DNA of 64,000 nucleotides. Origin: Podarcis liolepis (lineage: Eukaryota). The stretch's first letter is position 1. Each line of letters opens with the position of its first letter. Location of the stretch: assembly GCA_965112155.1 (NCBI GenBank), contig OZ218110.1, one strand, 5' to 3'. Below the pieces are notes generated by a model, which worked only from the letters and a program-made list of their open reading frames with translations, was not told where the DNA came from and ran no database searches. Both the position numbers and the translations under genes were made by a program. Positions 62,194-64,000 of this stretch are shown here, piece after piece.

Positions 62194-62411
62194 AGAAGCT
62201 CTTCATGCAGAGTCTGTGGCGGAACTTCTGTGAAGGGGATGAAATTGGAGATGATGATGCTCTGGGAAACAATTCCACCAATGAAGAAGTCACCTGACTG
62301 CTGATAGTCCTGAAGTGGAGGCTGTGGATCTTTAACCCTGCAGTTAACAGTGTGATCCTTGCATGCCTTAGGAAGAAGCAGTATGAGAAGAAATGCTACT
62401 AGAATCTCCAT
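62194..62411 (-). CDS. V2R-2 exon 1
   Basis: Signal peptide MEILVAFLLILLLP, YQQSGDFFIGG; phase-2 GT donor. Confidence 0.9.
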
Positions 62412-62420
62412 CCTGGATAC

Positions 62421-62499
62421 ATTATTATTATTATTATTAGTATTAGTAGTAGTAGTAGTAGTAGTAGTAGAAGAAGAAGTAGTAGTAGTAGTAGTAGTA
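62421..62499. repeat. Compound (TTA)n(GTA)n(GAA)n microsatellite 10 bp upstream of the V2R-2 ATG
   Basis: Directly visible in the sequence. Confidence 0.93.
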
Positions 62500-63122
62500 T
62501 ACAGCCGTTCCTCTGAAGATTGCAGGGCAGTTTACAATATTAAAAAAGACAAGATGTGTAACATAGTAACAAAGGAATTAAGAATGAAAACAAAAATGGG
62601 GAACAAATACAGACCAGTACATGTAATTTTTCTTCTCATGTCCAAAATCAGAAAACAAATTACCATTCAACAGCAATATAGCCTTCATTTTAAAAAGTGT
62701 GCACATTTTCCTTGCCTTTGACATGGATTCTCCTGTTTCCTTCTATTCTCATCTTTTACGGTTCCAACTTAAATGCAAAACATCAGGGATCAAACTGGAA
62801 GTCCTTTGTCTATATTTTCTTCTGGCCCCAAATTGGAATTCTATGAGGTATATTTATATGATCCTACAAATTTTGTAATTCTTTTATTTTCTGTTTTTGG
62901 AGGTGGCCACTGCAACCCCTTGGGGTTTTAGAAAAAGAAGGGAAATAATTATAGTCCTTTTGATAATTAATGGGCAGGCTAATCTCCAGTTTGAAGTTGT
63001 GAATTCTCTGAGGAATTGCTGAAGAAAAACTTCCCCCTCCCCATCTGAAGAGAAGTTTTCCATTTTGTTTAACTAAGTTGAGTCTCTGCCATGGAGAAAA
63101 TGGTCAAAATTCAGGACTGTTA

Positions 63123-63577
63123 CCATATTTTTAGCCCTATAGGACACACTTTTTCCCCCTCCAAAAATGAAGGGGAAATGTGTGTGCGTCCTATGGGGCG
63201 AATGCAGGCTTTCGCTGAAGCCTGGAGAGCGAGAGGGGTCGGTGCGCACCGACCCCTCTCGCTCTCCAGGCTTCGCGGACCTCTCCGCCAGCAGCTGGAG
63301 CGCTCCCGCTGCTTGCGGAGAGTTGCCTGCATGCCGAAGCCTGCGCGCACTGAGATCAGTGCGTCCAGGCTTCGTGGACCTCTCCCCAAGCAGCGGGAGC
63401 CAGCGCTGGGCTCCCACGGCTTGCAGAGAGCTGCCTGTTTGGGGGCTGGAGTCGGGGGAAGCTCGGGCCTCCCCCGCCCCAGCCTGGGGGGAAAATATTT
63501 TTCCCCCCTTTATTCCCCCCCAAAAAAACCTAGGTGCGCCTTATGGGACGGTGCATCCTATAGGGCGAAAAATACGG
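63123..63577. mobile_element. Tc2-type non-autonomous transposon with GC-rich palindromic interior
   Basis: Ends homologous to 9192-10511 in opposite orientation, TA TSD, perfect 58-bp palindrome at 63217-63274. Confidence 0.9.
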
Positions 63578-64000
63578 TATGTTATTTTTAAGGACAAACT
63601 TTAATATTGATTGATTGAATTGAATTGATTGATTGATTGAGTGAATTGAATAATTGTTTGGGGTAGAAACACATGAGCCAGTTTAATTAAAGGGCCACGA
63701 AAACTAGGAATTATTATTATTATTATTAGGAATATTCATTTTTTTTATTGGTTATTTAAACATGATTTTTTAAAAAAGGTACGTAGGACTAGATACGTAA
63801 TTTTGAGGAAGATTTATACTGGGCAGCTGGTGAACAGTAGGTGGTGAACAGCATTTCAGTCCCTGACTACAAGAACGACTCTAGACTTCAGACTGCAAGA
63901 AAATGAAGAGATAATGATACCCTTTTATTTCTTCTTCACGTTAACTTTTCCCTGACTCGAGATATGTACCACTAAGTATGAGTTTTACAGGAAAGCAAGC

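Larger units (their letters stand above)
57300..62411 (-). pseudogene. V2R vomeronasal type-2 receptor gene, 6 exons, single +2 frameshift at start of exon 3 (young pseudogene, null allele or sequence error)
   Basis: Exons 62411-62194, 61260-60969, 60373-59511, 59014-58787, 58656-58530 and 58201-57300, all GT-AG. Exon 3 is 863 nt (3n+2). Confidence 0.85.

Noticed and set aside
62359-62721. Poly-Leu/Val ORF (and poly-Tyr ORF at 16431)
   Set aside because: Translations of microsatellites.
63073-63604. 114-166 aa ORFs upstream of V2R-2
   Set aside because: Inside a GC-rich non-autonomous transposon; no transposase motifs.

Overview
Vertebrate genomic DNA from a squamate, probably a lacertid lizard (Sauria SINEs and Squam3-type SINEs with a (CTT)n tail). 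It is a mixed chemosensory cluster. Two six-exon V2R vomeronasal receptor genes point towards each other at the ends: 1071-11781 (+), intact, with a GC-AG intron 5, and 57300-62411 (-), with a +2 frameshift in an (AT)n run at the start of exon 3. Between them lie 7 intact olfactory receptor ORFs (2 OR6-like on -, 5 OR14-like on +, two of them from a ~5 kb tandem duplication), and an OR14-like pseudogene sits at the left edge. Most notable: (1) a 504-bp non-autonomous hAT element with a perfect 8-bp TSD that carries a CpG-rich host fragment encoding MGLCYSLRPRLFG, which I recall as the N-terminus of the XL isoform of the olfactory G protein GNAL, inserted ~365 bp upstream of an OR start codon; (2) two independent Penelope-like insertions carrying minimal hammerhead ribozymes, at nearly the same position in paralogous OR upstream regions; (3) three Tc2-type MITEs with shared ends but different palindromic cargo, one expanded into a 148-bp palindromic array inside a V2R intron. 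Coordinates were read by eye, and family names come from recall, not database searches.
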